The notes: generated by a model not told the origin, from the sequence alone. A stretch of 64,000 nucleotides of DNA from Alphaproteobacteria bacterium (GCA_037190765.1 JBBCJW010000025.1:14124-78123); one strand, 5' to 3'. Shown: positions 18,465 through 30,036, numbered from the stretch's first letter. Program-made: numbers and translations.

Positions 18465-18673
18465 GTTTCGGCTGTATCGGCGCCAGCTTCTGACTACGTG
18501 TTGTTGTCGATACTGTAGGCAGGCGTATTGCCTGAACAGGGACAGCCGCGAGTTGTATTGCATTGCAGCACGGTTGTACCCGTGCGCTCTGGCTGGCGTT
18601 TTCCTTGCAGTCCGCCCAATAGTCCGCCCCACCTCTTGCACCTTCTCCGACGCGATGATAGCATCGCCAAAAA

Positions 18674-18687
18674 TAAGCGTTTGCTTA
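18674..18687. promoter_or_regulatory. near-palindrome TAAGCGTTTGCTTA, second copy of the candidate TetR operator
   Basis: Located 29 nt upstream of the lactonase GTG start. Shares the TAAGC-N4-GCTTA arms with 17617-17630. Confidence 0.5.
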
Positions 18688-18715
18688 ATTAAGTGAATGG
18701 GAGGAAGGGGCGGCC

Positions 18716-19615
18716 GTGGAACTCGAACGGCTCTCGTCCGGACACGAGCTGGTCGAAGCACCGGTTTATCATCCGACGCTCGGACTTCTGGTTTCCGATG
18801 TCGCCCGCGGCGGCGTCTGGAGAATTCGCCACGGACACCCGCCGGCGATGGTTGTCGGTCATCGACGGGGAATCGGTGGTCTCGCGCTGCACGAGAGCGG
18901 CGGGATCATCGTCAGCGGACGCAATGTGGCGCACCGTCCCTTCGAACTGGATACGGTACAGAACGCCGGCGAAACGAGCGTCGTGATCGAACGCGATCCG
19001 GCCAATGGCATCGTTGGCTTCAACGACATGACCACCGATGCCAGTGGCCGTCTGTATGTCGGTTCCGTCAGCTTCGTTGCGTTCGAGGAAGACGTGCGCC
19101 AGGCAAAGCCGGGACGCCTTCACATGGTCGACCTCGACGGCAAGGTCCGGATGGTCGCCGATGATGTCCTGCTGACAAACGGGCTTGGCTTTTCACCGGA
19201 CGGGCGCAGGCTCTATCATTCGGATTCCGGGCGCCAGCTCGTCAGGGTCTACGACGTTGCTGACGACGGTCGTCTAAGTCCGCCGGCCATTCTTGTGCAG
19301 ACGCCGGACGGCAAACCCGATGGAATGGCCGTCGCCGAAGACGGGACGATCTGGCTTGCGCTGGCATTTGCCAGCGCCGTTCTCGTGCTGGCGCCCGATG
19401 GACGGGAGATCAGGCGTATTCCGGTTCCGGATCCGATGGTGACGAGTCTCTGCTTCGGCGGCGCCGATCGTCGGGACCTTTACGTTACCAGCGGTTCCAC
19501 CGGCGCCAGTGAGATCACCAAAGCCTGTGTCTATGCCGGCAGAGCGGATGTTGCGGGAATGCCGATAGCGCCCGCTCGTATTCCGGTCGGGGGTGGAAAG
19601 ACCGTTCATTCATGA
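18716..19615 (+). CDS. SMP-30/gluconolactonase/LRE-family lactonase (paralogue of 12948..13835)
   Basis: LVEAPVYHP, TNGLGFSPDGRRLYHSDS, PDGMAVAEDG and SLCFGG. GTG start with SD GGGAGGAAGG. Confidence 0.85.
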   Translation: MELERLSSGHELVEAPVYHPTLGLLVSDVARGGVWRIRHGHPPAMVVGHRRGIGGLALHESGGIIVSGRNVAHRPFELDTVQNAGETSVVIERDPANGIVGFNDMTTDASGRLYVGSVSFVAFEEDVRQAKPGRLHMVDLDGKVRMVADDVLLTNGLGFSPDGRRLYHSDSGRQLVRVYDVADDGRLSPPAILVQTPDGKPDGMAVAEDGTIWLALAFASAVLVLAPDGREIRRIPVPDPMVTSLCFGGADRRDLYVTSGSTGASEITKACVYAGRADVAGMPIAPARIPVGGGKTVHS

Positions 19616-19685
19616 CCGGCGTCCGGCTCCTCGCTTCGCTATCGCGGCCTGGAGATATGGCATCGGCGGGATTGGGAGGTGGCTT

Positions 19686-20594
19686 ATGACGATTACCGCA
19701 TTGTTGCTCGGTGTCGTGACCGGACTTGCTCTGGCGAGCATCTACGTCCTTATAACGATGAGCTTCACGCTGGTCCTGGCCGTCAGCGGCGTTTTCAATT
19801 TCGCCCAGGGATCGATCGTTATGGCGGGATCGATCATGGTGTTCGTCCTCGGAATCCAGCTCGGCTGGCCGCTCCTCATCACCGTCGCCGCCGTCACCAT
19901 CCTGGGCCTTCTCGCTGGTGTCGTTTCCTACTGGCTGGCCATCTGGCCGGCGATCGGCCGTTCCCATTCCTTCACCCACACAACATTGATGACGACGATC
20001 GGCCTTGGACTGGCGGTGAATGCGCTTGCCGCCCTTCTGTTCGGCAGCGATTCCTATCGCGTGCCGTCCTACGTGACGGACAATCCTCTGGTCGTCTCGG
20101 GCCTGCCGATCCGTCCGATCTATCTTCTGATGATCGTCGTCGGCATCGTCACCACCATTCTGATCGATCTCGTCGTGCGCCGGACCGCGATCGGCCACGT
20201 CTTCCGCGTCACGCTCGAGGACCCGGAGGGCGCGCGGCTGCAGGGCGTCAACATCCGCAGGACCATTATCCTCACTTTCGCCGTCGCCGGGGCGATGTCC
20301 GGGTTGGCGGGCCTGCTGATCGCCCCGGTCATTTCCGCTTCGGCCTTCAGCGCGCACGAACTGGCGTTTTTCGGTTTCGCCGGCATGGCGATCGGCGGAT
20401 TCGGAAACCTGATCGGCGGTCTGGTGGGCGCGCTCATCGTCGGGCTGGTCGCCGGCGTCACCCCCATCGTCACCGACCCCAACCTGACCCTGCCCCTGCT
20501 GTGGCTGATCGTGGTCACGACGTTGCTCATCAAGCCATCCGGGATCGGCGGCATCGTCGGATTGTTCGGCGCTTCGCGCGTGCGCGACGTCTGA
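19686..20594 (+). CDS. ABC permease (LivH-like)
   Basis: MTITALLLGVVTGLALASIYVLITMSFTL...NFAQGS; SD GGGAGGTGG. Confidence 0.9.
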   Translation: MTITALLLGVVTGLALASIYVLITMSFTLVLAVSGVFNFAQGSIVMAGSIMVFVLGIQLGWPLLITVAAVTILGLLAGVVSYWLAIWPAIGRSHSFTHTTLMTTIGLGLAVNALAALLFGSDSYRVPSYVTDNPLVVSGLPIRPIYLLMIVVGIVTTILIDLVVRRTAIGHVFRVTLEDPEGARLQGVNIRRTIILTFAVAGAMSGLAGLLIAPVISASAFSAHELAFFGFAGMAIGGFGNLIGGLVGALIVGLVAGVTPIVTDPNLTLPLLWLIVVTTLLIKPSGIGGIVGLFGASRVRDV

Positions 20595-20615
20595 CGGATT
20601 GGGGCCGGTAATCGA

Positions 20616-22542
20616 ATGTCGAACGAAACCATGAGACGCGCCGGCGCAGCCGCCATGCATAAGCCGGCCGAGCGGCGGACCCGGGCAATGATTGCCTGGA
20701 AGGCAGCGCCGATGATCATCGTGATCGCGCTGATGCTGCTGCCGCTATCGGGCGCCAGTTCCTTCGATCTTGCCCGGTACAGCGTCGCCATCTGCTACAT
20801 CATGGCCGTCATCGGCCTCAACATCGCCTTCGGCTATGCGGGCCAACTGGTCCTCGGCCATTCGGTCATCATGGCCGCCGCCGCCTATGTCGTGGCGATG
20901 CTCAGCGTGCATGCCGGATGGGGAGCAACGCTTGCCGCACCGCTTGCCGTGCTGCTTGGCACGTTGGCGGGGCTGGTCATGATGCTTGCCGGCCTGCGCG
21001 TGCGTGGCTGGTACCTCGCCCTGATCACGCTGTTTGCCGTCCTGGTTCTGCCAAAGCTGGTCCATTACTTCGAGGAGTGGACCGGCGGCGAATTCGGCAT
21101 CACCGGGATCAAGACTTTTGACCCGTTCGGCATCGCATTCGACGGGGTAGCGCTCTACGAGACCGTCATCGTATGCCTGGTTCTGGTCTGGATCGGGACG
21201 AGCAACTTCGTCAATTCGAGCTGGGGTTTGCGTATGCGCGCCCTGCGCGATGCGGAGCGGGCGGCGGACGCGGTCGGCATAGATCTCAGCCGCACCAAGC
21301 TCGTGGTGTATATCGTCTCGTCCGTACCCGCGGCCGTGGCGGGAATGCTGCTCGCCTATACCGAGCAGTTCGTCAACGGAGATTCCTTTGGCATCGGGCT
21401 GGCCCTGATGCTGCTGACCGGCATGGTGCTGGGCGGCCTGGGAAAGAAGTGGGGACCGATCTTCGGCATGGTGCCGCTGGTGGCTTTCAGCTTCTGGGTC
21501 GGACCTTTCAGCCAGTACAACCCCCTCATCTTCGGCATCGGCCTGATGGTCTTCGCCGTAATGTTTACCGATGGGTTCGCGCCTGTATTCACCGCGCTGG
21601 CGCGCCGGATCGGCCTGGTGGCGCCGGCGGACGGCGCTGAAGCGCATTTCACGGACGATGCCGGCCAGTCGCCAGGAACTGCCGAAGGCGCGGGAGCCCT
21701 GTTCACGCCGGCGCCGGCCGGGAATGCGGCTGGGAATGCGGGCGGCGATGCCATGGCGGTACAGGCCGAAGGAATCTCGAAGGCCTTTGGCGGCGTGCAG
21801 GCATTGGACAATATCGATTTTCGCCTGAAGCGCGGACAGCTTTGCGGGATCGTGGGGCCGAACGGCTCGGGAAAATCGACTTTCCTCAACGCCATTTCCG
21901 GCTTCATAGCGCCCGATGCGGGACGGATTCGCATCGAAGGCCGTGAGCTGGATGGCCTGCGCCCGTTTGAAATCGCGCGTTTGGGGATCGGACGGACCTT
22001 CCAGGTGCCGATGCTGGTCGAGGAACTGAGCGTACGGGAGAACGTCGAAATCGGCCTGGTCGGGCCGGAGAAATGCTCCGCGTGGGGCGCGGTCCTGCGA
22101 CTGCCATCGCTGACGGCAAAGGCGCGCGACCGGCACCGGCGCGCCATGCAGGCCATCGCCGTTGCCGGCCTGCCGAGGGAGATCGCGGAGTCTCCCGTCT
22201 CCGATCTGCCGCTGGGACTGAAGCGCGTCGTCGAAATCGCGCGGGCCATCGTGTCCGGACCGTCCCTCCTGCTGCTTGACGAGCCGGCGGCGGGGCTGAG
22301 CGACGCCGAGCGGATGGAGCTGGGCAGGCTTCTGGTCCGGCTGAAGCGCACCGGAATGACGGTGGTGGTGATCGAGCACAACATGCAGTTCGTCATGACG
22401 TTCTGCGACGAGATCGCAGTGCTGCAGAACGGCCGCGTCACATGCCATGTGGAAATCGGCGACGAACTGCCGGACGCTCTCATCGAGTATCTGAATTTCG
22501 GCGTCGAACCGCGGCCCGCGTCTTACTGGATCGGATTGCGCC

Positions 22543-22556
<14 letters not shown>
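20616..22556 (+). CDS. fused ABC permease (LivM-like) and ATP-binding (LivG-like) protein, 646 aa
   Basis: The N-terminal ~330 aa are multi-span (GYAGQLVLGHSVIMAAAAY). A low-complexity linker PAPAGNAAGNAGG follows. The C-terminal part has Walker A GPNGSGKST and Walker B LLLLDEPAAGL. Confidence 0.85.
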
Positions 22557-23223
<667 letters not shown>

Positions 23224-23269
23224 GGGGCGCAAAGAAAAAGGTGCAGGTTGCACCGAGGAGGAGAGCGTC

Positions 23270-24502
23270 ATGAAAAAATTTGGTCGCAGGACGTTTGGCC
23301 GAACCGTGGGCGGAATGGCCCTGACCGTGGCTGGCGGTGTCGGTTGGTCGGCGCCGGCGCGGGCCCAGGATCCGTTCATATTGGGGGCAATCCTGCCGGT
23401 CTCGGGCCTGTATGCCCCGCTGGGCGATTTCATCGCTGTCGGATTGCGCCTCGGCGTTGCGACGGTGAACGCCGAGGGCGGCATCCTGGGGCGCAAGGTC
23501 GAACTCGTCATTCAGGACGATGCCGGCAATCCCGGTCGCGCCCTGCTTGCGGCACGCGAACTGGTATCGGAGAAGCGCGCCGCCGCGATCTATCCGGGCA
23601 TCATCAGCGGTACGGCGCTGGCCACGCTGCCGTTCCTGACGAGCCAGAAGGTAATAACGATCTCGAACGGATCGAGCACCAGCATCGGCGATGCCCAGCA
23701 GTTTCCCTACAGCTTCCAGCTCTCGGACACGTCGGCCGTCCGCGTCCCGCCCGTGGCGGCGGCGGTCAAGCGGCTCGGCGGCACCAAAGTCGGGATCATC
23801 GTATCGACCAATCCTGCGAACGCCGCGCTGGGGGATCAGCTCATGGTCGAGCTGAAGCCCAAGTACGGCCTCGAGCCGGTCGGCATCATCAAGGTCGTGG
23901 CCGATATCAAGGATCTGACGCCGATGGTGCAGAACATGCGCGATCGCGGCGCCGACATCCTGGTCTTCGACGGCATCGGCCGGCCGGGGATCACAATGAT
24001 GATGACGGCGCTGCAGACCTTGAACTGGAACGCCAAAATGGTCACCGAGCCGGCCGTTCTGTCCGGCGATCTTGCCGAGCTGATGCCGGAGGAGATGCGG
24101 GCGCAATTCTATTCGGTGAACTATCGGACGGCGACGCGGACGGCGGGAGGCAATCCCAAGGTTCGCGAGTTCACGGCCGAATTGGAGAAGCTTGGCCTGA
24201 AGAGCACGAATCTGGGATGGTCGCTGCTGGCGCGCGATTCGGTCCTGCTTCAGAAATGGGCGTTCGAAACCGCGCACAGGAAATCCGGCAAGACCGATCC
24301 CGACAGCGTCAAGGCTGCCCTGGAGACGCTGGAGACGACGGAGCTTCCGGCAGATTATCTGGCGATGATCGGCAATCCCAAGTACAGCCCCACCCGCCAC
24401 ACTACGGAAGGCGCGGATTTCTCCGATTTCTGGTCGCTGATCGGCCCCAGCCGGCTGGTCGATGGGACCTATGAAGGGGAGGTCCTCGAGCTGCTCAAGT
24501 AG
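23270..24502 (+). CDS. ABC substrate-binding protein (LivK-like), RR-containing signal peptide
   Basis: MKKFGRRTFGRTVGGMALTVAGGVGWSAPARAQD; paralogue of 16293..17516. Confidence 0.85.
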   Translation: MKKFGRRTFGRTVGGMALTVAGGVGWSAPARAQDPFILGAILPVSGLYAPLGDFIAVGLRLGVATVNAEGGILGRKVELVIQDDAGNPGRALLAARELVSEKRAAAIYPGIISGTALATLPFLTSQKVITISNGSSTSIGDAQQFPYSFQLSDTSAVRVPPVAAAVKRLGGTKVGIIVSTNPANAALGDQLMVELKPKYGLEPVGIIKVVADIKDLTPMVQNMRDRGADILVFDGIGRPGITMMMTALQTLNWNAKMVTEPAVLSGDLAELMPEEMRAQFYSVNYRTATRTAGGNPKVREFTAELEKLGLKSTNLGWSLLARDSVLLQKWAFETAHRKSGKTDPDSVKAALETLETTELPADYLAMIGNPKYSPTRHTTEGADFSDFWSLIGPSRLVDGTYEGEVLELLK

Positions 24503-24510
24503 ACCGTTCC

Positions 24511-26043
24511 ATGATCACCGATTTCCTGGCCGGCTGGGCCGAGAGAACGCCGGAAAAGGACTTCCTGCTGACGGAGGGCGGAAGATACTCGTTCGCCACG
24601 ATCCACCGGCTTTCGCGGCGCTTCGCCAGTCTGCTGCGCGCGCGCGGGATCGGCGTCAACGACCATGTGGCGGTTCTGGCCGACAACAGCGCCGCCTATG
24701 TCGTCGCCTGGTTCGGGATCAACATGACTGGCGCCGTTGCGGTCACGCTGAACAACCAATTGGTGTCGGACGGGCTGCGCTATTCCCTGAGCCAGTCCGG
24801 CGCCAAACTGATCCTGGCGGACCGCGCCTGGATCGATGGCAAGTCGGGCTTTCTCGATGAGGCCCTTTCGCGGATTCCGATCATTGCGATCGAGTCGGAA
24901 GCAGCATTTTTCGACCGGCTTGGCGAGTACGAAGAGGGTGCTGTCGAGAAATTGCCCGACGGCCATACTTCAGCGATCATCTATACGTCGGGAACCACCG
25001 GACTGCCCAAGGGCGTCATGAACGGCCATGGCGTCTTCGAGGCGGTCGGCCGCGCGACGATCGACATGGTCGCCCTGACGTCCGATGATGTGATCATGGC
25101 GTTTCTGCCGATGTTCCACGCCAATACGCAGATGTTCGGCGTGATGCCGGCACTGATATCGGGCTGCACCCTGGCTCTGCGCGACCGCTTCTCCGCTTCC
25201 GCATTCTTCGAGGATGCGCGTCGTTTCGGCGCGACGGGCTTTCCGGCGGTGGGTACGGTGATATCGATCCTGCTGTCCCGCTACGCGCGGGGCGAACGCG
25301 ACCATTCCATGCGCTTCGTAATCGGCGGCGGCATCTCCGGCACCAGCGCCACGGGCAAAATCATGGAGGATTTCCGCAAGCTTTTCGGCATAACCATCTA
25401 TGAGGGATTCGGATCGTCGGAAACCGGCGGCTGGTTCACCGGCAATACCGTCAAGGATTACCGGATCGGTTCGAACGGCCGGCCGCGCGCCGACATGGAG
25501 GTGCAGATCGTCGATGCGGCCGACAATTGCGTTCCCGCCGGCATCGAGGGCGAAATCGTCGTGCGCCCGCGCAGGCCCAATATCATTCTCTTGAATTACT
25601 GGGGCAAGCCCGAGGAGATGGTGAAGGCCTGCCGCAATCTCTGGTTCCATACCGGCGACCGGGGCTATTTCGATGCCGACGGATATCTCTATTTCACCGG
25701 CCGCTACAAGGAACTGATAAGGCGCAAGGGAGAGATGATCTCGCCGGTCGAGATCGAGTCCAAGCTGCGCGAGCTGCCTGCGGTGGCCGACTGCGCGGCT
25801 GTCGGCGTCCCCGATCCAATGGTCGGGGAGGAGATCAAGGTCTGCCTGGTCAGCCGCGGAACGATCTCGCCGGCGGAAGTCCGGGCATATCTGGCCGAGC
25901 ATTTTCCCAGCTACATGCTGCCTCGCTACGTCGAGTTCCTGAAGGCGATACCAAAGACCGAGACGGAGAAGATCCAGCGATCGCAAATCGCCAATATCGG
26001 TCCCGGGGTTCACGATCTGGAAGCCGCGCCGGCAGCACGCTAG
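24511..26043 (+). CDS. AMP-dependent acyl-CoA synthetase/ligase
   Basis: IIYTSGTTGLPKGV, GSSETGG, WFHTGDRG and TETEKIQR. Confidence 0.9.
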   Translation: MITDFLAGWAERTPEKDFLLTEGGRYSFATIHRLSRRFASLLRARGIGVNDHVAVLADNSAAYVVAWFGINMTGAVAVTLNNQLVSDGLRYSLSQSGAKLILADRAWIDGKSGFLDEALSRIPIIAIESEAAFFDRLGEYEEGAVEKLPDGHTSAIIYTSGTTGLPKGVMNGHGVFEAVGRATIDMVALTSDDVIMAFLPMFHANTQMFGVMPALISGCTLALRDRFSASAFFEDARRFGATGFPAVGTVISILLSRYARGERDHSMRFVIGGGISGTSATGKIMEDFRKLFGITIYEGFGSSETGGWFTGNTVKDYRIGSNGRPRADMEVQIVDAADNCVPAGIEGEIVVRPRRPNIILLNYWGKPEEMVKACRNLWFHTGDRGYFDADGYLYFTGRYKELIRRKGEMISPVEIESKLRELPAVADCAAVGVPDPMVGEEIKVCLVSRGTISPAEVRAYLAEHFPSYMLPRYVEFLKAIPKTETEKIQRSQIANIGPGVHDLEAAPAAR

Positions 26044-26113
26044 CGCCTTCCCGGATCAAGACGGCGCGCGATGGGCGGCAACCGCAGGCAAGGTGTCGAA
26101 GGAGGCGTTGACG

Positions 26114-26923
26114 ATGGAACTTGGCGGCAAGGTTGCAGTCATCACCGGTGGAGCAAGCGGCATCGGCCTGGCGACGGCGCGGGCACTGGCTGGTGCCGGG
26201 GTCAAGCTGGTGCTGGCCGATATCGAAGCGACTGCACTCGAGAGGGCGGTCGCCGATCTGGCCAATGCCGGCGCCGAGGCGACCGGGGTCGTCACCGACG
26301 TCGGCGACCGGGCCTCGGTCGAGGCATTGGCGGACAAGGCGTGGTCCAGCTTCGGGGCCGTCCACATTGTCTTCAACAATGCCGGCGTGGCGGTGTTCGG
26401 ACCGACACAGGACATGAGCCATTCGGATTGGGAATGGACCATGCGGGTCAATCTATGGGGACCGATTCATGGCGTCGAATGCTTCGTGCCGCGGCTGATC
26501 GAACAGAAGCAGGGCGGACATGTGCTCTTCACAGCCTCCTTTGCCGGCCTGGTCGCCAATCGGGAGCTGGGTCCCTACTCGGTGTCGAAGGCGGCCGTCG
26601 TATCGCTGGCGGAATGCCTGGCCAAGGACGTCAAACAACACGGTATCGGCGTCTCGGTGCTGTGCCCGATGCGCGTGCAAAGCCGGATCGATGACAGTTT
26701 CCGCAACCGCCCTGCCGAGCTGGGCGGTGCGCGGCCCCAGGTCTACGCGGACAAGGAGAAGGGGGCTTTGGAAGGCCGCTTGCTGCATGCCGAGGAGGTC
26801 GGCGACCTCGTCGTCGACTCGATCAAACGCAACGATCTTTACATCATCACGCACAAGGAAACGGGTACATTCCTGGCCCGGCGCTGCGAGCGCCTGCAGG
26901 AGGCTATGGCCCGTGCCCTGTAG
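26114..26923 (+). CDS. SDR family oxidoreductase
   Basis: ITGGASGIG and catalytic YSVSKAAV. ATG 26114 has GGAGG 9 nt upstream; the ORF opens at GTG 26093. Confidence 0.85.
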   Translation: MELGGKVAVITGGASGIGLATARALAGAGVKLVLADIEATALERAVADLANAGAEATGVVTDVGDRASVEALADKAWSSFGAVHIVFNNAGVAVFGPTQDMSHSDWEWTMRVNLWGPIHGVECFVPRLIEQKQGGHVLFTASFAGLVANRELGPYSVSKAAVVSLAECLAKDVKQHGIGVSVLCPMRVQSRIDDSFRNRPAELGGARPQVYADKEKGALEGRLLHAEEVGDLVVDSIKRNDLYIITHKETGTFLARRCERLQEAMARAL

Positions 26924-26956
26924 GAAATAGAGTGGAGCGCGGATCAGGAGGATGGC

Positions 26957-28231
26957 GTGGCGTGGAGTTTCGAGACCAATCCCGATTTTCAGCAGCAGCT
27001 CGACTGGATCGACCGGTTCGTCAGGGAGGACGTCGAGCCGCTGGACCAACTGCTGGGTAGTCAGTGGGACATCAGGGCGCCGAACTTCGTTCGCCTGGTC
27101 CGCCCGTTGCAGGCCCGGGTGAAGGAGCGTGGGCTGTGGGCCTGCCATCTCGGGCCGGAGCTGGGCGGCAAGGGCTATGGGCAGGTAAAGCTTGCTCTCA
27201 TGAACGAGCTGTTCGGACGCTCCCGCTTCGGCCCGATCGTTTTCGGCGCCCAGGCTCCGGATACGGGAAACAGCGAAATCCTGGCGCATTACGGCACGCC
27301 GGAGCAGAAGAAGCGCTTTCTCCAGCCGCTGCTGGCAAACGAGATCGTGTCCTGCTTCGCCATGACCGAGCCGCAGGGCGGCGCCGACCCGCTGGTGCTG
27401 ACGACCTCCGCCGTGCGTGATGGCGATGGCTGGGTGATCAATGGCGAGAAATGGTTCGCGTCGAACGCCCGGTTCGCGGATTTCTTCATCGTCATGGCCG
27501 TCACCGACCCCGACGCCGCGCCCTACCGGCGCATGTCGATGTTCATCGTGCCGGCGGACACGCCTGGCCTGGAGATCGTCCGCAACCTGACGTTCTACGG
27601 CGAGCCGGAAGCGACCCATGCCTATATGCGCTATCGCGACGTGCGGGTTCCGCTCGACCACATGCTGGGCGGACGCGGCGATGCCTTCGTGGTCGCGCAG
27701 ACCCGTCTCGGCGGCGGCCGGATGCATCACGCGATGCGCACCGTGGCGCAGGCGACGCGCGCCTTCGAGATGATGTGCGAGCGGGTCGTTTCGCGCTTCA
27801 CCAAGGGCGAGGCGCTGGCGAAGAAGCAGATGGTGCAGGAGAAGATCGCCGACTCCTGGATTCAGCTGCGTCAGTTCCGCCTTCTCGTCCTCGAAACGGC
27901 ATGGCTGATCGACAAGCACCATGACTACAAGAAGGTTCGCGGGAACATCGCCGCCGTGAAGGCGGAGATGCCGAAAGTGCTCCACGACATTTCCGCCCGT
28001 GCTCTGCAGCTTCACGGTTCGCTGGGATTATCGACCGAAATGCCTTTTGCCGAATGGTTGCTGAACTCCTTTCATGTCGGCCTGGCAGATGGCCCGACCG
28101 AGGTTCACAAGGTTACGGTTGCCCGCGAAGTGCTGCGGGACTACCAGCCGGCCAACCAGCTTTTTCCCTCGTATCATCTGCCGAACGTGCAGGCCCGGGC
28201 ATGGGAGAAATACGGCGAACTGATGGAATAG
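26957..28231 (+). CDS. acyl-CoA dehydrogenase, FadE2/ACAD10-ACAD11-like subfamily
   Basis: CFAMTEPQGGADP and RLGGGRMHH. The C-terminal motif is GLADGPTEVH, with Asp where classical ACADs have the YEG Glu. GTG start with AGGAGG. Confidence 0.8.
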   Translation: MAWSFETNPDFQQQLDWIDRFVREDVEPLDQLLGSQWDIRAPNFVRLVRPLQARVKERGLWACHLGPELGGKGYGQVKLALMNELFGRSRFGPIVFGAQAPDTGNSEILAHYGTPEQKKRFLQPLLANEIVSCFAMTEPQGGADPLVLTTSAVRDGDGWVINGEKWFASNARFADFFIVMAVTDPDAAPYRRMSMFIVPADTPGLEIVRNLTFYGEPEATHAYMRYRDVRVPLDHMLGGRGDAFVVAQTRLGGGRMHHAMRTVAQATRAFEMMCERVVSRFTKGEALAKKQMVQEKIADSWIQLRQFRLLVLETAWLIDKHHDYKKVRGNIAAVKAEMPKVLHDISARALQLHGSLGLSTEMPFAEWLLNSFHVGLADGPTEVHKVTVAREVLRDYQPANQLFPSYHLPNVQARAWEKYGELME

Positions 28232-28261
28232 GCAGCGCACAAGCGGATCGGGAAGGGGCGG

Positions 28262-29833
28262 ATGGTCGACCAGGCGATCGTTGAAACCAGGACCGGAAAA
28301 GTCCGCGGCCATGCGCAAGGCGGCGTGCACGCCTTTCTCGGCATTCCCTATGCTGCCGCCACGACAGGCGCCGCCCGGTTCCGACCGCCGCAGCCGGTTG
28401 CGCCCTGGACGGGCATTCGTGAAGCCCTGGCCTATGGACCGCGAGCGCCCCAGAACGACAGTGCTTTCGGTCTGGCGCCGGAGATCGGCCGCCTGATGAC
28501 GCCCGCGCGACCGCAGCCCATCGGCGAGGATTGTCTCGTTCTCAATCTGTGGACGGCGGGATTGCGCGATGGCGGCCGACGACCGGTGCTGGTCTGGCTG
28601 CATGGCGGCGGATTCATTGCCGGATCGGGCGCCGATCCGTGGACGCATGGTGCCAGACTGGCGTCTCGCCAGGACGTGGTCGTGGTCACGCTGAATCATC
28701 GCTTGGGGGCGCTGGGGTACCTGCATCTGGAGGAAGTGGCGGGGGCGGATTTCGCCGGTGCCGGTCTGGCGGGCATGTTCGATATCGTCGCGGCCCTGAC
28801 CTGGATACGCGACAATATCGCCGGGTTCGGCGGCGATCCGGGCAATATCACCCTGGTCGGCCAGTCGGGAGGCGGTGCGAAAGTCTGCGTGCTGATGGCC
28901 ATGCCACGGGCGCAGGGGCTTTTCCATAAGGCGATCGTGCAGAGCGGTCCGGCTCTTAGGATGGCGGACCGGAATGACGGAACCGCGACGGCGCTGGCCT
29001 TTCTTGCGGAACTTCAGCTTCGTCCCGAACAGGCTGCCCGGCTTCGCGACCTGCCGCTGCCGCAGCTCCTGCTTGCCCAGGAACGGGTTGTCGCGCGTGC
29101 CAGCCTGGCAAGCTTTGCCGAACGCCGCCGCACCGGATTCAATCCCGTCTCGGGCCCGGCGGATTTTCCGGCGGGCCCTTTCGATGGCAGTGCGCCGCCG
29201 CTGGCCGCCGACATCCCGCTGCTGATCGGCGTCACCAGGCATGAGATGTCGATATTCTATGCGCTGGAGCCGTGGCTGGCCGATCTGGACGACATTGAAC
29301 TCGGTCGGCGGCTGGTCCCCTATGTCGGTGCCCATACGGATGCTCTGGTTCGAGAGTATCGTCGCCTTTATCCGGCCGCGACCGCAGGCGATCTGTTCAT
29401 TCAGATCGTCGGCGATCAAGGGATCGTGCTCCCCTCCCTGAGGATTGCCGGCCTCAAGGCGGCGCAGGCGGGCGCGCCGGTGTTCACCTATTTCTTTATG
29501 CGTGAATCGCCGGCGCTGAACGGTCGGCTGCGATCATGTCATATCATGGACGTGCCCTATGTCTTCGACACGTTGGCGGATGCGCCGTTCGCTGGTCGTT
29601 CGCCGGAGGATGCAAGGCTGGCTGAAACGATGAGCGCGGCCTGGGTGGAATTTGCCCGAAGCGGCAGTCCTGGCGCCCGGAATCTTCCCGAATGGCGGCG
29701 CTACTCCGAAGAGGATCGATCTACGATGCTGCTGGATGCGGAAAGCCGCCTCGTAAACGATCCAGTCCTTGACATCAGAAGCGTATGGACACGTGCCTCG
29801 ACAGTAGGAGATGGGGTTAAAAAGCCAGAATGA
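28262..29833 (+). CDS. type-B carboxylesterase (para-nitrobenzyl-esterase-like)
   Basis: FLGIPYAA, EDCLVLNLW, VWLHGGGF and nucleophile elbow GQSGGG. Confidence 0.85.
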   Translation: MVDQAIVETRTGKVRGHAQGGVHAFLGIPYAAATTGAARFRPPQPVAPWTGIREALAYGPRAPQNDSAFGLAPEIGRLMTPARPQPIGEDCLVLNLWTAGLRDGGRRPVLVWLHGGGFIAGSGADPWTHGARLASRQDVVVVTLNHRLGALGYLHLEEVAGADFAGAGLAGMFDIVAALTWIRDNIAGFGGDPGNITLVGQSGGGAKVCVLMAMPRAQGLFHKAIVQSGPALRMADRNDGTATALAFLAELQLRPEQAARLRDLPLPQLLLAQERVVARASLASFAERRRTGFNPVSGPADFPAGPFDGSAPPLAADIPLLIGVTRHEMSIFYALEPWLADLDDIELGRRLVPYVGAHTDALVREYRRLYPAATAGDLFIQIVGDQGIVLPSLRIAGLKAAQAGAPVFTYFFMRESPALNGRLRSCHIMDVPYVFDTLADAPFAGRSPEDARLAETMSAAWVEFARSGSPGARNLPEWRRYSEEDRSTMLLDAESRLVNDPVLDIRSVWTRASTVGDGVKKPE

Positions 29834-29987
29834 TCTGAACTTCGAATACCTGACCATCGATTGCATCGACAGCGACAGGCTGTGCGATGCCATCGCCTGC
29901 GCAGGCGCTACAGTCGCGATCCCGAATAACCCTTCCCGCGCCTGCAGATGCCCGGGCCAGACAGAATTGCATGGGCTTCGTTTGCGA

Positions 29988-30015
29988 TTGACACAGGTCT
30001 AACGTTTGTTAGTTT
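29988..30015 (+). promoter_or_regulatory. candidate promoter with shared 14-nt motif (site a)
   Basis: TTGACA (29988-29993), a 16-nt spacer, then TAGTTT (30010-30015). The motif aacgtttgttagtt is at 30001-30014, 23 nt upstream of the MaoC gene. Confidence 0.5.
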
Positions 30016-30036
30016 TTATGGATCCCGAGGCCGCTC

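Noticed and set aside
29811-30002. 63-codon ORF bridging the esterase stop and the MaoC promoter
   Set aside because: It overlaps the esterase 3' end in another frame, runs into the -35 box, and has no SD or any similarity I recognise.
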